From assembly GCF_009914755.1 (NCBI RefSeq), contig NC_060934.1: 64,000 bases of DNA. The stretch is one strand, 5' to 3'. The notes under the pieces are model-generated. The model did not search any database, was not told the DNA's origin, and saw only the letters and a program-made list of their open reading frames with translations. The translations under genes and the position numbers were made by a program. Shown here one piece after another: positions 19,771 through 32,399 of the stretch. How positions within the stretch are numbered: the first letter of the stretch is position 1; every line of letters begins with the position of its first letter. Source of the stretch: the human T2T-CHM13v2.0 reference genome, Homo sapiens.

Positions 19771-21271
19771 TACCTGGGAGGAGAGTGCCCTAAAGAAGGG
19801 ACAGCTGGGAGCTGCACGTAATTCTCATGTTGATTCTCAATGCTAGAGAGGATGCAGACCTTTGATCTACTTGCAGATCATCACAAAAGCCAGGCTCTTT
19901 CCCTTCCCTGAGCATGTCTACATGGTGTTCCCCAGGTCTCATGTTAGATGTCATGTGCGGTCCTCAAAAAGGCCTCCTAGATCTTTGTGCCCATCCCCTT
20001 GGCCCAATGCAGTTCTTAACACTGCCAGCAGAGGGCAGAACTGTTACATGCTTTTCCTACTGGTTGTTGAAGGGGCTGCCTCTCAGGGGCTTCTGCTTAT
20101 CCTACAGGGTCCCTGAGGGTTCAGCATTTCCCATGCCTCACGTTGGCTCCAAGAGGCCATCGGAGAAGCTTTTTTCATCATTCCATCTCTGTGAAGAGGA
20201 AAGTCTTGTTGGAGAGGTATTTCTGGTTAGTCTAACCACCTTTCTCAGGGCTTCTGAGTATCTGCAGCTTCCTATATTGCAGGGCAATGCTTTTTCCTGC
20301 TCAGATCTTAGGGAAGACCTGTTTTTTCAGGCTAAGGGAACAAACACTCGAATGCTATCTCAAAGATGCTCACAGCAAACATTCTACTGGCCAGTGCTGT
20401 CCACATGCCAGTTTCATAGGGTTGAGAGCTGAGGCCCAGCAAGTTGTGGTCAGTGGGAAGTAACTGCTCTGTTAAGGGCAGAGCACGCATGTGGCATGCA
20501 GTGGCATCTGGTCTATGCACATCTGCTGTCTTCCCCTCTTCCTGCTATCAGACCAGTGCCTGGTACTCTGGAAAAATATGTGGGAGGTATGGGGGAAATT
20601 AGTGACTGCATCAGCCTCATCTGGACTAGGAGCTAGTTCTCTGGGGTCTCAAATGCATTTCTTGCTTGAGGAGGATTGCAAACCATCCCCTGGATGGAGC
20701 CTCCCAGGACACAGCTGCTGAGGATCCTCGATCATGCCCTGCCATAGTTTCATCCAACCTCCCCATCTTTATATTCTTGTTCAGCAGCACCCTAATATAG
20801 TGCCCAGTGCTGTTCCTTCATCCTGTTTCTTATGAGAGGATGAGGAGGGTTCAGGGATGCCAGTTCTCTTCCTATTGCCTCTTGGCAAGGAAAAACCCCA
20901 AAGCTGCCCTCGGGCCAGACAGGGGCTTTATAGGCCTGAACCTCATAAGTTATAGATCATCCTCATCTTATACATCTATGCACATCCGCATATTTCCCCA
21001 ATACCAGTGAATAGACACACATACATACACAACCACCTGCAAACACTTGGACATGCTTCACACAGACAGGAATACACAGGGCAAGCACAGACATGCAAGA
21101 ATCATAGAGACATAAATAGACCTACACCTGATGTATAAAGAAGCACAAGTATGCACCACTCTGTGACACTTGGTGAGGGCAAAGCATATCTGTATTTTCA
21201 CTACTCCCATTGGAATTAACTTCTACTAAGTTGGGGCTGGGTAGAGGTCAGTCTCAGCAATTTATGCATGC

Positions 21272-21578
21272 TTTTTTTTTTTTTTTTTTTTTTTTCTGGA
21301 GACAAAGTCTCGCTCTGTCGCCCAGGCTGGAATGCAGTGGGCGATGTTTGCTTATTGCCACTTCTGCCTCCCGGGGTTTTAAGCGATTCTCCTGCCTCAG
21401 CCTCCCTAGTAACTGGGACTACAGACACCCACCACCATGTCCAGCTAATTTTTTTGTATTTTTAGTAGAGATAGGGTTTCGTCATGTTGGCCAGGCTGGT
21501 CTCGAACTCCTAACCTAAATGATCCACTCTCAGCCTCCCAAAGTGCTAGGATTACAGATGTGAGCCACCGTGCCTGGC
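21272..21578 (-). mobile_element. AluS
   Basis: Poly-T followed by a full Alu dimer in reverse orientation. Confidence 0.95.
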
Positions 21579-21759
21579 TGTTTATTTTCATAGATAAATA
21601 GTTGCTGAAAGAAAACTAACTTCTATGAATTCTAGTCTCCTTATTGGCTATTTAGTAGCTAGACACAGCTTTCCCTCGGGATTCAGAAATATGTGTATGA
21701 TTTACAAGTTCTCAGAAAAGCCATCAAGTATAGTCTCAGTCACTGTTGTGGATGCTGCC

Positions 21760-22131
21760 TGTGTCGATTAAGGTCCTAAAGAGAAACAGACAAATAATTG
21801 TGTGTATGTATGAAGTGACTCAACTGCCAGTGAGGGCTGGCAAGTCTGCAGTCTGCATGGCTGGTGGGCTGGAAATTCAGGTCACGGTTGCTACTGCAGC
21901 CTTGAGGCAGAGTTTCTCCTTCTACAGGAAACCTATTTTCCCTCTTCAAGCCTCAACTGTTAGATGAGGTCTAACCACGTGATGGAGGCTCATCTCCTTT
22001 ACCTAAGATCAACTGATTGTGGATGCTAACCATATGTACAAAGTACCTTCACAGCAGCACCTAGGTCAGTGTTGGATTCAATAGCTGGATAGTGTAGCTA
22101 GACCATGTTGATGTGAAAAATTAATCATCAC
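21760..22131. mobile_element. MLT2-type (ERVL) LTR
   Basis: GGCCTCAACTG...GATGAGG...CACAGCAGCACCTAG...AAAATTAATCATCACA terminus. Confidence 0.7.
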
Positions 22132-22164
22132 ATTCCCTGATTGTGGGATACACAAAGATTGACC

Positions 22165-22482
22165 CTCTAGGTGTTCGCTGCCCAAATAGAAAACTACTAG
22201 CCACATGTGAACACTTGAAATAGGCTTATTCCAAATCGAGACGTGCTCTGCATGCAAATGTACATTGGATTTTAAAGATTTCATGAGGAACAAATGGCTC
22301 TACTGAATCAGGTGAATAATGCATTTACATGATTACATGTTGAAATGATAATGTTTTGAATATGCTGGGTTAAATTTTATTTAAATTAATTTTACATATT
22401 TTTACCCTTTTAATGTGGCTGCTAGAAAATTTAAAATTAGATGTGTTTCTAACTCCATATTTCTATTGGACAGCAATGCTCT
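22165..22482. mobile_element. MER33/MER3-type hAT-Charlie DNA transposon
   Basis: CCAAATAGAAA...CTAGCCACATGTG...GTGGCTGCTAGAAAATTT...TTTCTATTGGACAGC inverted termini. Confidence 0.7.
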
Positions 22483-24272
22483 AAAACACATTGTCCCTGG
22501 GCATCACTGGTAGACTCACTGCCCAGGTCATTCGGCCTCTTGAGGGCTACGGTTCCACAACCTAGTGATGAGGATGAGAGCAAGCCTCCTCACTGAGGGC
22601 CATGACTCCAGCGCCCGAGGCTCACCCTGCACCACAGGATGCCCTGAGAGAGCAAGGTGGGCTGTGTTGTGACCTCCTTCCTTATCCCATTTTTTGGGAG
22701 AGTTTTCCAGGTGTCCTCACTTTAAGCCGAAATTTCAACAGACTCATACGTTGTTGGATATTCAGAACTTTTAGAATCTGAACCCAGTGTCATGGCCCCT
22801 ATCAAACTGAAAAACCGGGCCTCAGGAGATGTTGCTTCGACTTCACAGAACACTGAAGACAAGGTTTATGGGCCTTTATCAGGGAGGCCTTGGGCTCCTG
22901 AAATGTTTTCAAAAGTCCTCAGAGTGTGTTCATCTATGAATACAGTATTAGCAACTAATTAAATACAGGAAAATGCATAGAAAGGCATTCCACTAAGGGG
23001 GAATAGAGTATGTCTGTGCTCTGGGACTAGGATGGGGCAGCCCATCTAGAGAACTTCATGGAGCTTCATGTGGCTGACTCGGAGACGTTCAGGGACTGAG
23101 CTCCAGGGGAGGCTGGGCAGGAGGACAGACCGGGCTGACACCGGAGGGTTGTGTGTATCGGCCTCTTGCTCAAAGCATCTCTGAGGGTAAAGGGATCCTT
23201 GGGATGGTTATAAGAAGAAAAATGTCCTGGTGAATATTTCTCAGTTACAGGTGGGTCCTCAGCATCTGTCAAGAAACTGTGTGTCTGGTATTTGGTCCTC
23301 AGCTGAGAACTCCCTGCCACTGCCTTGGTCATGCCAGTAGGAACCTAGCCCACACCACAGTGACTCTCCTGAAGGGATTGTGGTGAATTCAAGAGAAAAG
23401 GCTGTGTTCTGTGTATGGGTTCCTGTGGGCCTAGGGATTCTAGAAATATGAGAGGTGTTCAGAATGTCAGTAATAAAACAGGAAACTAAAAGTGACTGAA
23501 AGCTTAAGAATATAGAAAACTTTTCAGAACAGGTACTTAGACTACATCCAGTATGTGGATGTGGATATCAATCATAACTGTCACATGTGACTCATAGGAC
23601 AGGATGAAGCCATCAGTGAGTGATGTTGGCTGAACATATCTGAGCACATAGGAGAAAAACTCTGTGTTCTGCTCTCTGCTCCTCACCCTGGGGCAGGAGT
23701 GTGGGCCTGGAGAGGTGGAAGGACCATTTCCTTCATGTTCCATGGTGTGCTGTGGAGTCCCACCCTCTGGTCATGGTGGAGAAACTTGGTCAGTCCCACC
23801 TTCCCACAGACATCAACAGAAAAAAATTATTTTAAGAATGCAATTAATATTGAAATATTAGACTTTGAAATCCATCATATTTCCAAATCAAAGGGACATA
23901 GCTAAGAGTGAATTTGATGGATTCTGAAAAATCAATTTAGAACTCATCACACATTCATTATTTTAAAAAAAATCAGCAAATTTCCCTCCACGTGATAAAG
24001 TATGTCTAAGAACAACCTCGCGCTCACATGATCTTTAATGGTGAAAGAAAAAAAAAACTGCTCCCTGTGATTGAAAACAAGACAAAGATATCAGCTGTAG
24101 CTGCCACTGTTCTATTCAACATTAGTTAGAGAATCCAAAAAAAGTCACTATGCACATGACAAAAATGGCCAATAGGCCCCTTTTTTGGCTGGCATAAGCA
24201 ACTACTGCTTCTCTAGTAAACATCGATTTAGCCCTCTCTGTTCCTCCCCAGTTCTGGAAAAAAGTTTACATC

Positions 24273-24696
24273 TGTTAAAGCAAACTAAAAATGGCCTGAG
24301 AAGGACTCCGTACTTCTCTATTTGAGTGTGGACAAACTGTAACCTAACTTGAGAGGTAGATGAGATTGAAAACCAAACTTAGGAGTATGCACCTGTAACA
24401 ATAGCTGAGTCTTGGCCAATCCCAGCAGCCATACTTCAACCACTCATACACTGCTGAGTGTTCAAACTCTGTTCATATAAGGCAAACACCAAACTGTAAC
24501 CAGTCCAGCTGTTTCTGTACCTTAATTCTGATTTCTGTACAACGCTTCCTTTTTTTGTCCTTAAATTTGTTCTGACCATAAGGCATTCCCAGAATCCCTG
24601 AATCTGCTGTGATTCTGGGGGCTGCTCCATTCTTGAATCGTTCATTGCTCAATTAAACTCCTTTGAATTTAATTCAGCTGAAATTTTTCTTTACCA
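24273..24696 (+). mobile_element. MER57A-like ERV1 solo LTR
   Basis: TGTTAAAGCAAACTAAAAATGGCCTGAGAAGGACTCC...CA termini; 4 bp TSD CATC at 24269-24272 and 24697-24700. Confidence 0.85.
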
Positions 24697-24801
24697 CATC
24701 CAGTAGTATTACCCCTACTTCCTGACAGCACCCACACCAGATCAGACTCCCACTTTCTTTTTTTTTTTTCCTCTTAGAATAACCCTTGTTTGAAAGTCTA
24801 C

Positions 24802-25169
24802 TTTTTTTTTTACTATTATTTAATTTTATTTTAAGTTCCGGGATACATAGGCAGGATGTGCAGGTTTGTTGCGTAGGTAAACGTGTGCCATGGTGGTTTG
24901 CTGCACCTATCAACCCTTCACCTAGATATTACGCACCACGTGCATTAGCTATTTATCCTGATGTTCTCCCTCTTCCCACCCCCTTGACAGACCCCACTGT
25001 GTGTTGTTCCCCTTCCTGTGTCCATGTGTTCTTGTTGTTCAGCTCCCACTTATAAGTGAGAACATGTGGTGTTTGGTTTTCTGTTCCTGTGTTAGTTTGC
25101 TGTGGATAATGGCTTTCAGCTCCATTCATGCCCCTGCAAAGGACATGATCTTGTTTCTTTTTAGAGCTG
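24802..25169 (-). mobile_element. 5'-truncated L1PA (about PA7-10) 3' end
   Basis: Poly-T then TTTTAAGTTCCGGGATACATAGGCAGGATGTGCAGG...GCTCCCACTTATAAGTGAGAACATG. Confidence 0.9.
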
Positions 25170-25189
25170 ACCCTAGCCCTAACCCTAAC

Positions 25190-26611
25190 TTTATTTGTCG
25201 TAGCCTCAGTTTCCTTATTGATGACATGGGGATCTGAATAACACACACACAAGGAATTCCGGTCTAATTGAGAAGCTATGACTGGTTCAGCATTTGCAAC
25301 TCTGTATGGAAGATGGAGACTCCTCCCGGGCTTCTGAGTCCTGGAGCCATCTAGTGAGGACTCCTGAAAACAATCTGGAGAATGCTCCGCACCAACCAGG
25401 GGCAAAGAGAGGAGCCCTGCTCTCAGATGGCCAAGGGTAGAAATAAACTTTCTCAACCCCATTCTTCCCTCCCACCTTGACCCATTCAGCACATACTGAC
25501 CTGGCCCTCCTGCTATCCTCAGGCCGGGGCAACCCACCCCACCTGACAGGCCTAAGAGCACAAAACTCTGTTCCATCTTGTTAGTACCTCTGACCCAAGA
25601 GCCCCCACCAGGCAATTGTGAACTTTGCATTTCAAGAAGAAAGTACCAATTTCTTTCCAGAAAGTGTTGACTTCTGGTACTGTAATTATTAAAATGCTGA
25701 GCAATGGTCATCTAAATGCTCATAGTCACAATGCTAAGCTCCTAGCAGGTACAACAAACAAACTCTGTGAAATGGTTGTCATTTAGCATCTCTGAGCACC
25801 TTCACGCCACCCCTATAGTCATTGTCAAGGCTTCTAGGACCTTGAGCCTTGCCCACTGCTTCTTCCTCCCAGAAATCCACCCCATATAACTCATCCACCT
25901 CCCTGCAGAATCATTTGCCTCTCCAACCTATAAGATGACTACCTGCTCCTCCCATGGCCCATTTTTCACAGCCTGGCCTGTTTCTGCTCCCCTCCCACAA
26001 CGCTTTCTTGCAGGATTTTCATGGTCCCCACTCCATTCTGAGTCTGCTGGTCTCAGTTGCAATTATCTCTACTTCCTTTTACTCTGGGATGCAGCCTTTG
26101 TGGACTGGCCCATCCTGAAGAAACAGCTGGAGATTGAGAGATTTTGATTCATAACTGTGAATTTGGTATCTATGTGAATTTGAACAAACCACTTGTACTG
26201 GCATAAAATAGGTTTTCTAGCTCCATGCTTCTTCCCCAGAAATGTTGTGAGGAAGATAAAGACAGTGAAATTGGGACCATCAATCAAACACCTTCAGTTG
26301 AAAACCACCAGGAACACACCTGTCATGAAGCAAAGTTTATTTTCCTGGTACTTGCATCAAGGCAGACTGTACCACAGGAGGAACCACAGGACCACACAGT
26401 CATAGTTAGTTAGGAGGGAATTTGTATGGAATTTTGGCTTTTGCTCTGTGATTTTCATTGTGGGGGCACTCAAGAAAGTGTGAGTCTGATCTGGTCTGGG
26501 TGCTGTCAGGAAGCAGGGGTAATAGGATTGAATGTCATTTCCTTTTTCTAGAACCGGGGAGGAAAACAGAGGACTAAAGCTATAATTAGTAGAGAAGCAG
26601 ATGTTGCTCAT
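25190..26611 (-). repeat. Inverted segmental duplication, arm B
   Basis: Colinear reverse complement of 17407-18825, roughly 85% identical by eye. Confidence 0.95.
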
Positions 26612-27209
26612 GGTTTTCTGATGTTCACCATTAGTTCATGCTTTTCAAATACATTACTCTGTTTGTTTGCTTCCACTGGAATGAAGTTTTTCTAGTAAGC
26701 TGTTTGCTGGGTCTGCAGAGCATTAGGTGTAACTTTCCAGAGAAGACAAAGGATAACTTTGGCCTTCGTCCGTTGATTCCATTGCTTGTTCATTGATTCT
26801 GTCCACAAGTATGCATGGAGCACTGTGAACCTCATCATGGCCGGGCCCAACCGAGGCCACTGGAGCTGCTAGAGTGAGAGAACTGTGGTCACAAGACAGG
26901 GGTGTGCCCCACATAGGACAAATGGAATGAGCAGCTTTCCAGACTGAGTAAACAGTGTGAATAATATATTAGAGTCCTTGTTAGGCTCCAGATAAAGAAG
27001 GTGAAGTAAAAGAGCCAAGGATATGAGGGAGGATATGAGAGTTCTTGATTGCTTTGAGCCTGCCGACCCACCCTCAGCAGACATGATTTGCCCTGGTTTC
27101 CCAGTGCAGGTTTGGTTCTGAGTGAAAACCAGAAGCATCATTTTCATGGTGTGGTGTGGGCCTACTGGCCAGGGTGGCCCTAGGTAGCTCTGCATCAGAC
27201 TGGGCCTTT

Positions 27210-28580
27210 ATGGAGAAGCTTCATTCTGCTAGGGATGTGTACTCTTGTCCAACCCATGAGACACTGGAGGATTTCATGGCAGAAGCCCCTGATGATGTGA
27301 GAGCAAATCTCACTGTCCCCGTATATCAGTGGGAGAGGGAAGAGTGTATTTTGACAGTCCAGGTATTCCTAGTTCTCTTGTTTATAGGCAAAATTGTTTA
27401 GTCATTCAAAGAAAGTCTTTCTTGATCAAGAGACAAGGGACCTGCCAGTAGCAATTTAGCACTAGCAGTAGTCAAATGTAATGCTCTTGGCAAGTTTCAT
27501 CCTAGGGTGGAGGAAAAGGAAGAGTCAGAAGTGGCTGATGACTTGGATGGGTTCAAGCCTATGAGGAGGAACTTCATATGCATTGTGGCAAGACACAGGG
27601 GAAGAGTAAACCCTCATTGTTCAGAACTAAAACAGCTGATGTCTGAGACAGCAAGAAAGATCCAGTCTCTACACCAAAAAGCCATTGAGCCATATGTGCA
27701 AGAAGCTAAAGCACACTTCAAACTAACAGGAGAAACTGAAAAAAGATTCAAGCTCACCAGAGCCACGTTTATGTCTTCTATGAAGAGTCAGGCTATGTCT
27801 TGGCAGGAAGACAGACTCAAGATCAATGAAGCAGCAGCTTTTTCCTGAAAGAAGGACTTGAGTGAGAAATTGGGATTAGGAGAACCAAGAAATGGAGATC
27901 ATATTCTTAAGGAGGCAAAAGGATCCAGGAAAAGATCAAAGGATGCTGTCAGGTCACATGCCCATTTCAACATTCAAGAGAAAGAGAAAGAACCAATTTC
28001 ACATCAGTATTGCCAAAGAAAAGAAGAAAGCTCACTGAGAGGTCAACACAAGATCATCTAGAAGCCTCCATGGAATGATCAGATTGACATATTGAGGAGA
28101 GAGAAAATGAAATGATTAAATGACAGCAGCCTAAAAGAAGTGGAGTGTGTGGGGATGCTACTTGTCAAGGCAGATCTTGACTTCGAGCAATAGGTAGAAA
28201 GTTCTGAAGCCAATGACCTGATGAGCCATGAAATAAAGAGTTGGAGAACTCCCAAGAGCTATTTCCTGATCTCACATGACAGCTGGAAGGAACCATTTTT
28301 TTCTAGGCAGTGCCAGATTCTGTCAATCAGGTGTCAAGCCCCCAATGATTGGCTGAGAGCTCAGGAGGTTGAAGGAAACCTCATCATCACCAGACAGGAA
28401 GTTGCGGACCTGGGACAAAGAAGAAGGGAAAGAGCCATTCAGCTCCAGCTTCTGCATGTGGATCTTCATGGATTTGATCATCCCAGTGGAGCATGTGGTT
28501 GAGATTAGGATTTGTGCCCTGATCCCTGGCCATGAAGTGCTGCTTTCTCAGAGATCGCAGAGTCTCTGGCCCATCCACTC
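27210..28580 (+). pseudogene. Intronless cTAGE5/MIA2-family (TANGO1-like) processed pseudogene, copy 1
   Basis: From ATG 27210: MEKLHSARDVY...APDDVRANLTVPVYQWEREECILTVQVFLVLLFIGKIV aligns with recalled cTAGE5 MEEPGATPQPY...[55 protein letters not shown] vs [42 protein letters not shown] vs QGQIISHEKKAHDNWLAARNAERNL. Several stops and frameshifts; no introns. Confidence 0.8.
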
Positions 28581-29068
28581 TGACCCTTCCCTTGATGACC
28601 CTCTCCTCACTCCCCCTCCTCTGTCTCCAGTACCTTCACTTTTTCTTTCCTCTTTCCTTTTCCTCAATAAGATGTTTACTGAGTCTTAATAGGGAGTTCC
28701 TGGCAAGAAGCTATCTTCTTCCACTACCTCCTTCAAGAAGGCTTGTTGCACCCATGCCAGGCTTCTTCATCCTCAAAGTAGGGTTCTCCTCTTTTGCATC
28801 TACCATAGCCTGTTTTTTCCCCTGGATATTTGAATTTAGAAAATGGTTGTGTTATCTCTCGGTTTCATTCAACCTCCATGGGACCTTTGTCCTCCAAATT
28901 CCGAAACCACACAGTGGTCTTCAGTCATGAGTTTTCATATTTGATCCTTAAAATGTCTTTCAGTTCTCCCTCTATGTTTATATTTATGGTAGAGTCTTTT
29001 ACACAAGTGGTTTGTTTTTTGTAGAATCTTGATAGTCATATAGATTTCAGGATAAATTTAGAAAATAG

Positions 29069-29491
<423 letters not shown>

Positions 29492-32399
29492 TGATTTTTG
29501 AGCACTTTAGCTTTAAGAGACATTTGAAAGAGAAAACCATTTCTCTATTTTAATGTTTCTATCTAGCAGGGTAAAAGAGAAGGGTGAACTTTACTTCTGA
29601 GTTTCAATACATTAGACTTCAATTTAAGATTGGCTCCCATCTGTTCATTGAGTGGAGAGGGCAGTCTGTAAAGTGGGGAGTCCAGTAGGGCTGGACCTGT
29701 TCATAACTATTGCCTTCTGGTACTATAGGTCTCTGAAAGGGGCTGGACTCAGGGCTAGAGATTCAGTGAAGAGGGAGGTGGGCCAGCCTATAACTCCTCA
29801 CCTTTATCCCACACCCCTAGGAGACCTGGGCTACTGCAGCCTTCAAACTCTTCATGTAGATGGATGAACCTATGCCCATGTCAACCCCTCTTGACAATAC
29901 CATTTAGATGTTCCTATGTTAATGTCCTGGATGGCATCATGTGCCAAATCCTTGGGTGTCTGAAAATATGGCCTATGGAACAGATCTGACGAGCAGCTGA
30001 TTTGACAGAGGTCAAGAATATCTTCAGGTTTGGCAGTGAGGAATGTCAGTGTGGGTATAAGAATGTGGCTGTGAGGTTCTTAGGCCAAGAGTTTTGGGTC
30101 TCAGCCCAGGCAAGTCCTACCACACAGAAAAATAGAAAAGGCTTTGCTCACCTAGATCCTGGTTCAAAGTCACAACTCTACTTGGTAAAGCATCTGTCAG
30201 AGTCTTCAACGGAGTCATGTCCTAGTTCTGTGGTGTCAGCATGACCAAGGTATGTAACAGAATTCCGGTTCCTGCAGGCTCTCTGACTACCACCAAGTCT
30301 CAGGCTTTCTTGCTCTACATAGGTCCAACATTCACGACTGCCTACCAAGAGTCCTTGAAAGATTCCAATAGGAGTAAAGGGTCTCCCTGATCCCTCACCC
30401 CCAGCACATGCCCAGGAATAGACAGGAGTTATTACTAAGACTTCCCCAAGGATGCAATTGTGAGCCAGGCCTCAGTGGCAAAAAGGCATGGGACAAGTAC
30501 CAAGGCATTCCCAGAAGCCAGGAACCATCATGAGTGCTGACTCATTCTGTATTGATCAGATCATCCAGTGAGGGAAACAGAGAATTTAGATAGGCGCAGG
30601 GATTCAGGGGACTCAGACTTGGAAGCCCAGGATTGAAGTGGGTCTTGTACCTGCACACTCTATAGATGTATTTCTGCCTGAAAGCCCACCCTTAGGGAGC
30701 ACCCTTCAGAGTCAACTCTGGGCAAAAGCATTGACTGGAGGAGGGGAACTGTTCTGCTCTCCTCTCCATCCCCAGACAGGGACTCTAGGCTTTGTTTTAG
30801 TTCCTGTCATTCTCATGTCCTTGTTCTTCTCTGATTTGGCTGTTTCTATCTGTGTGGCAGAGACACTCATCTCTAGTTTCAAATCATCCCTGGGCAGGTC
30901 ACAGGCCTTGTGTTCCAACCTTCTGATATAGGTACCTAGTGAGCTGTGGGTACAGATTTAGCCCATGGCTCTGGGCCATGGAACATGGTCATGAGAGCTG
31001 TGAGGATGATGGTGAAACTGTGCCACATGCCCTGTGGCCATGTGGGGGTTGGCACTGGGCTGACCAGCCTCCATATGTCCTGTCAGTAAGCCAACGTATG
31101 AGCAGTGTGGCTTACAGGTGTCCACTTCTTTTTCACTGTCCTTCAGCTTCTTGGAAGGTCTAGGTGAAGGTCAAGAGTCAACAGAGCTGCTGGAGAAACC
31201 AAAGTATAGGGAAGGACATGGGCTGGGCTCTATCCTTGACTTAGCCATTGCCTAGGTGTGCCTTGCCTCCTGATCCTCTGTTCCCTCATTTTGAGAAGAC
31301 CACTCTGTTATGGGCAATCATGACCATTTGCTCTGAATATGGTCTGCCAGGGGAAACATTCACCAGGTGCCCAAAAAAGGCCTGTCCTGAATGCCCCTCA
31401 TGGAACTTTCCTCTGCCTGGCAGAAGTCATTAGGACATTGGACAGCTCACTGCCCCTGGCTTCTTTGCCCTTCTCGCCTTTCTTCCTCTCTCTTTTACCT
31501 TAACAAGTGTCTTGCCATTTTTCTTTCTTCATTGCTATTTGAATACATTTGATAAAGGTGGTCTCCAGGCCCTGTGAGGGCCTGGCCTTGTGCAGGATGT
31601 CTGCAGGGGATGGGCATGGTGGGCCAGGATGGCTCAGTGCACACTGTGTCAAACACTGGCTTCCATGTCTGTGTGTGGATGTGGCAACTCATAGACATCC
31701 AAGAAAGGTAGGGCCTTCCTCTCTTCTGGACATGTATCTGAAACTTTGTTCCTAGTAGAAGAAATCTGAGAACTGGCCAGGTGATCAAGGGCAGGTGGTG
31801 AGGAATAAAGGACTTGTGAGACACTTCACCTCTTTCACCTCCTGGTGCGGTCCTGCTGCACGCCTCACCTTTTCATGGTCTGCAAGTTTTGCTAACTGAG
31901 ATCAGGATAATGGCGTGGGATTGAAATCATGATGCACCAGCAGTCTAGCCCTGCTCACTGCTCCTCACTCTGGGGCAGAAGCTGTGGGCTTGGACAGGAG
32001 AAGGGTAGCCTTTTCCTTTCTCTTCCATGGGGTGCTGGGGAGTTCCACCTTCTGGTCATTGTGGAGGAGGCTGATCAGTGCCACCTTCCTACAGACACCA
32101 ATGATTCAGCATGGGCAAATGATTTCTGAGAAAGCACCTCACAGAAGGTGCTGAAGAATCACCCAAATCAGGCAGATTCTGGAGGACAAATCTATGAAGG
32201 AAGAGGAACTGCTGGAGATGTGGTCTCTAAGTGTGCAGCTTTTCAGACAAGGGAAAGCCCGGATGCTCAGTAAATATTGAACTTCACCACAATGACACAG
32301 GCTCAAACAGAAAATCTGAAAAGTCCCACATTTGTATGACAAAATGAACTTATTCACATAGAGTCAATCTCAAGTTCAAATGGCTTTCTTGGTGAATTT

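Noticed and set aside
19914-20432. 172 aa ORF in unique sequence
   Set aside because: No recognisable domain, composition bias or splice support.
24953-25711. 252 aa ORF on the minus strand
   Set aside because: It runs from arm B through the telomeric junction into L1 3'UTR, and the homologous frame in arm A is broken.
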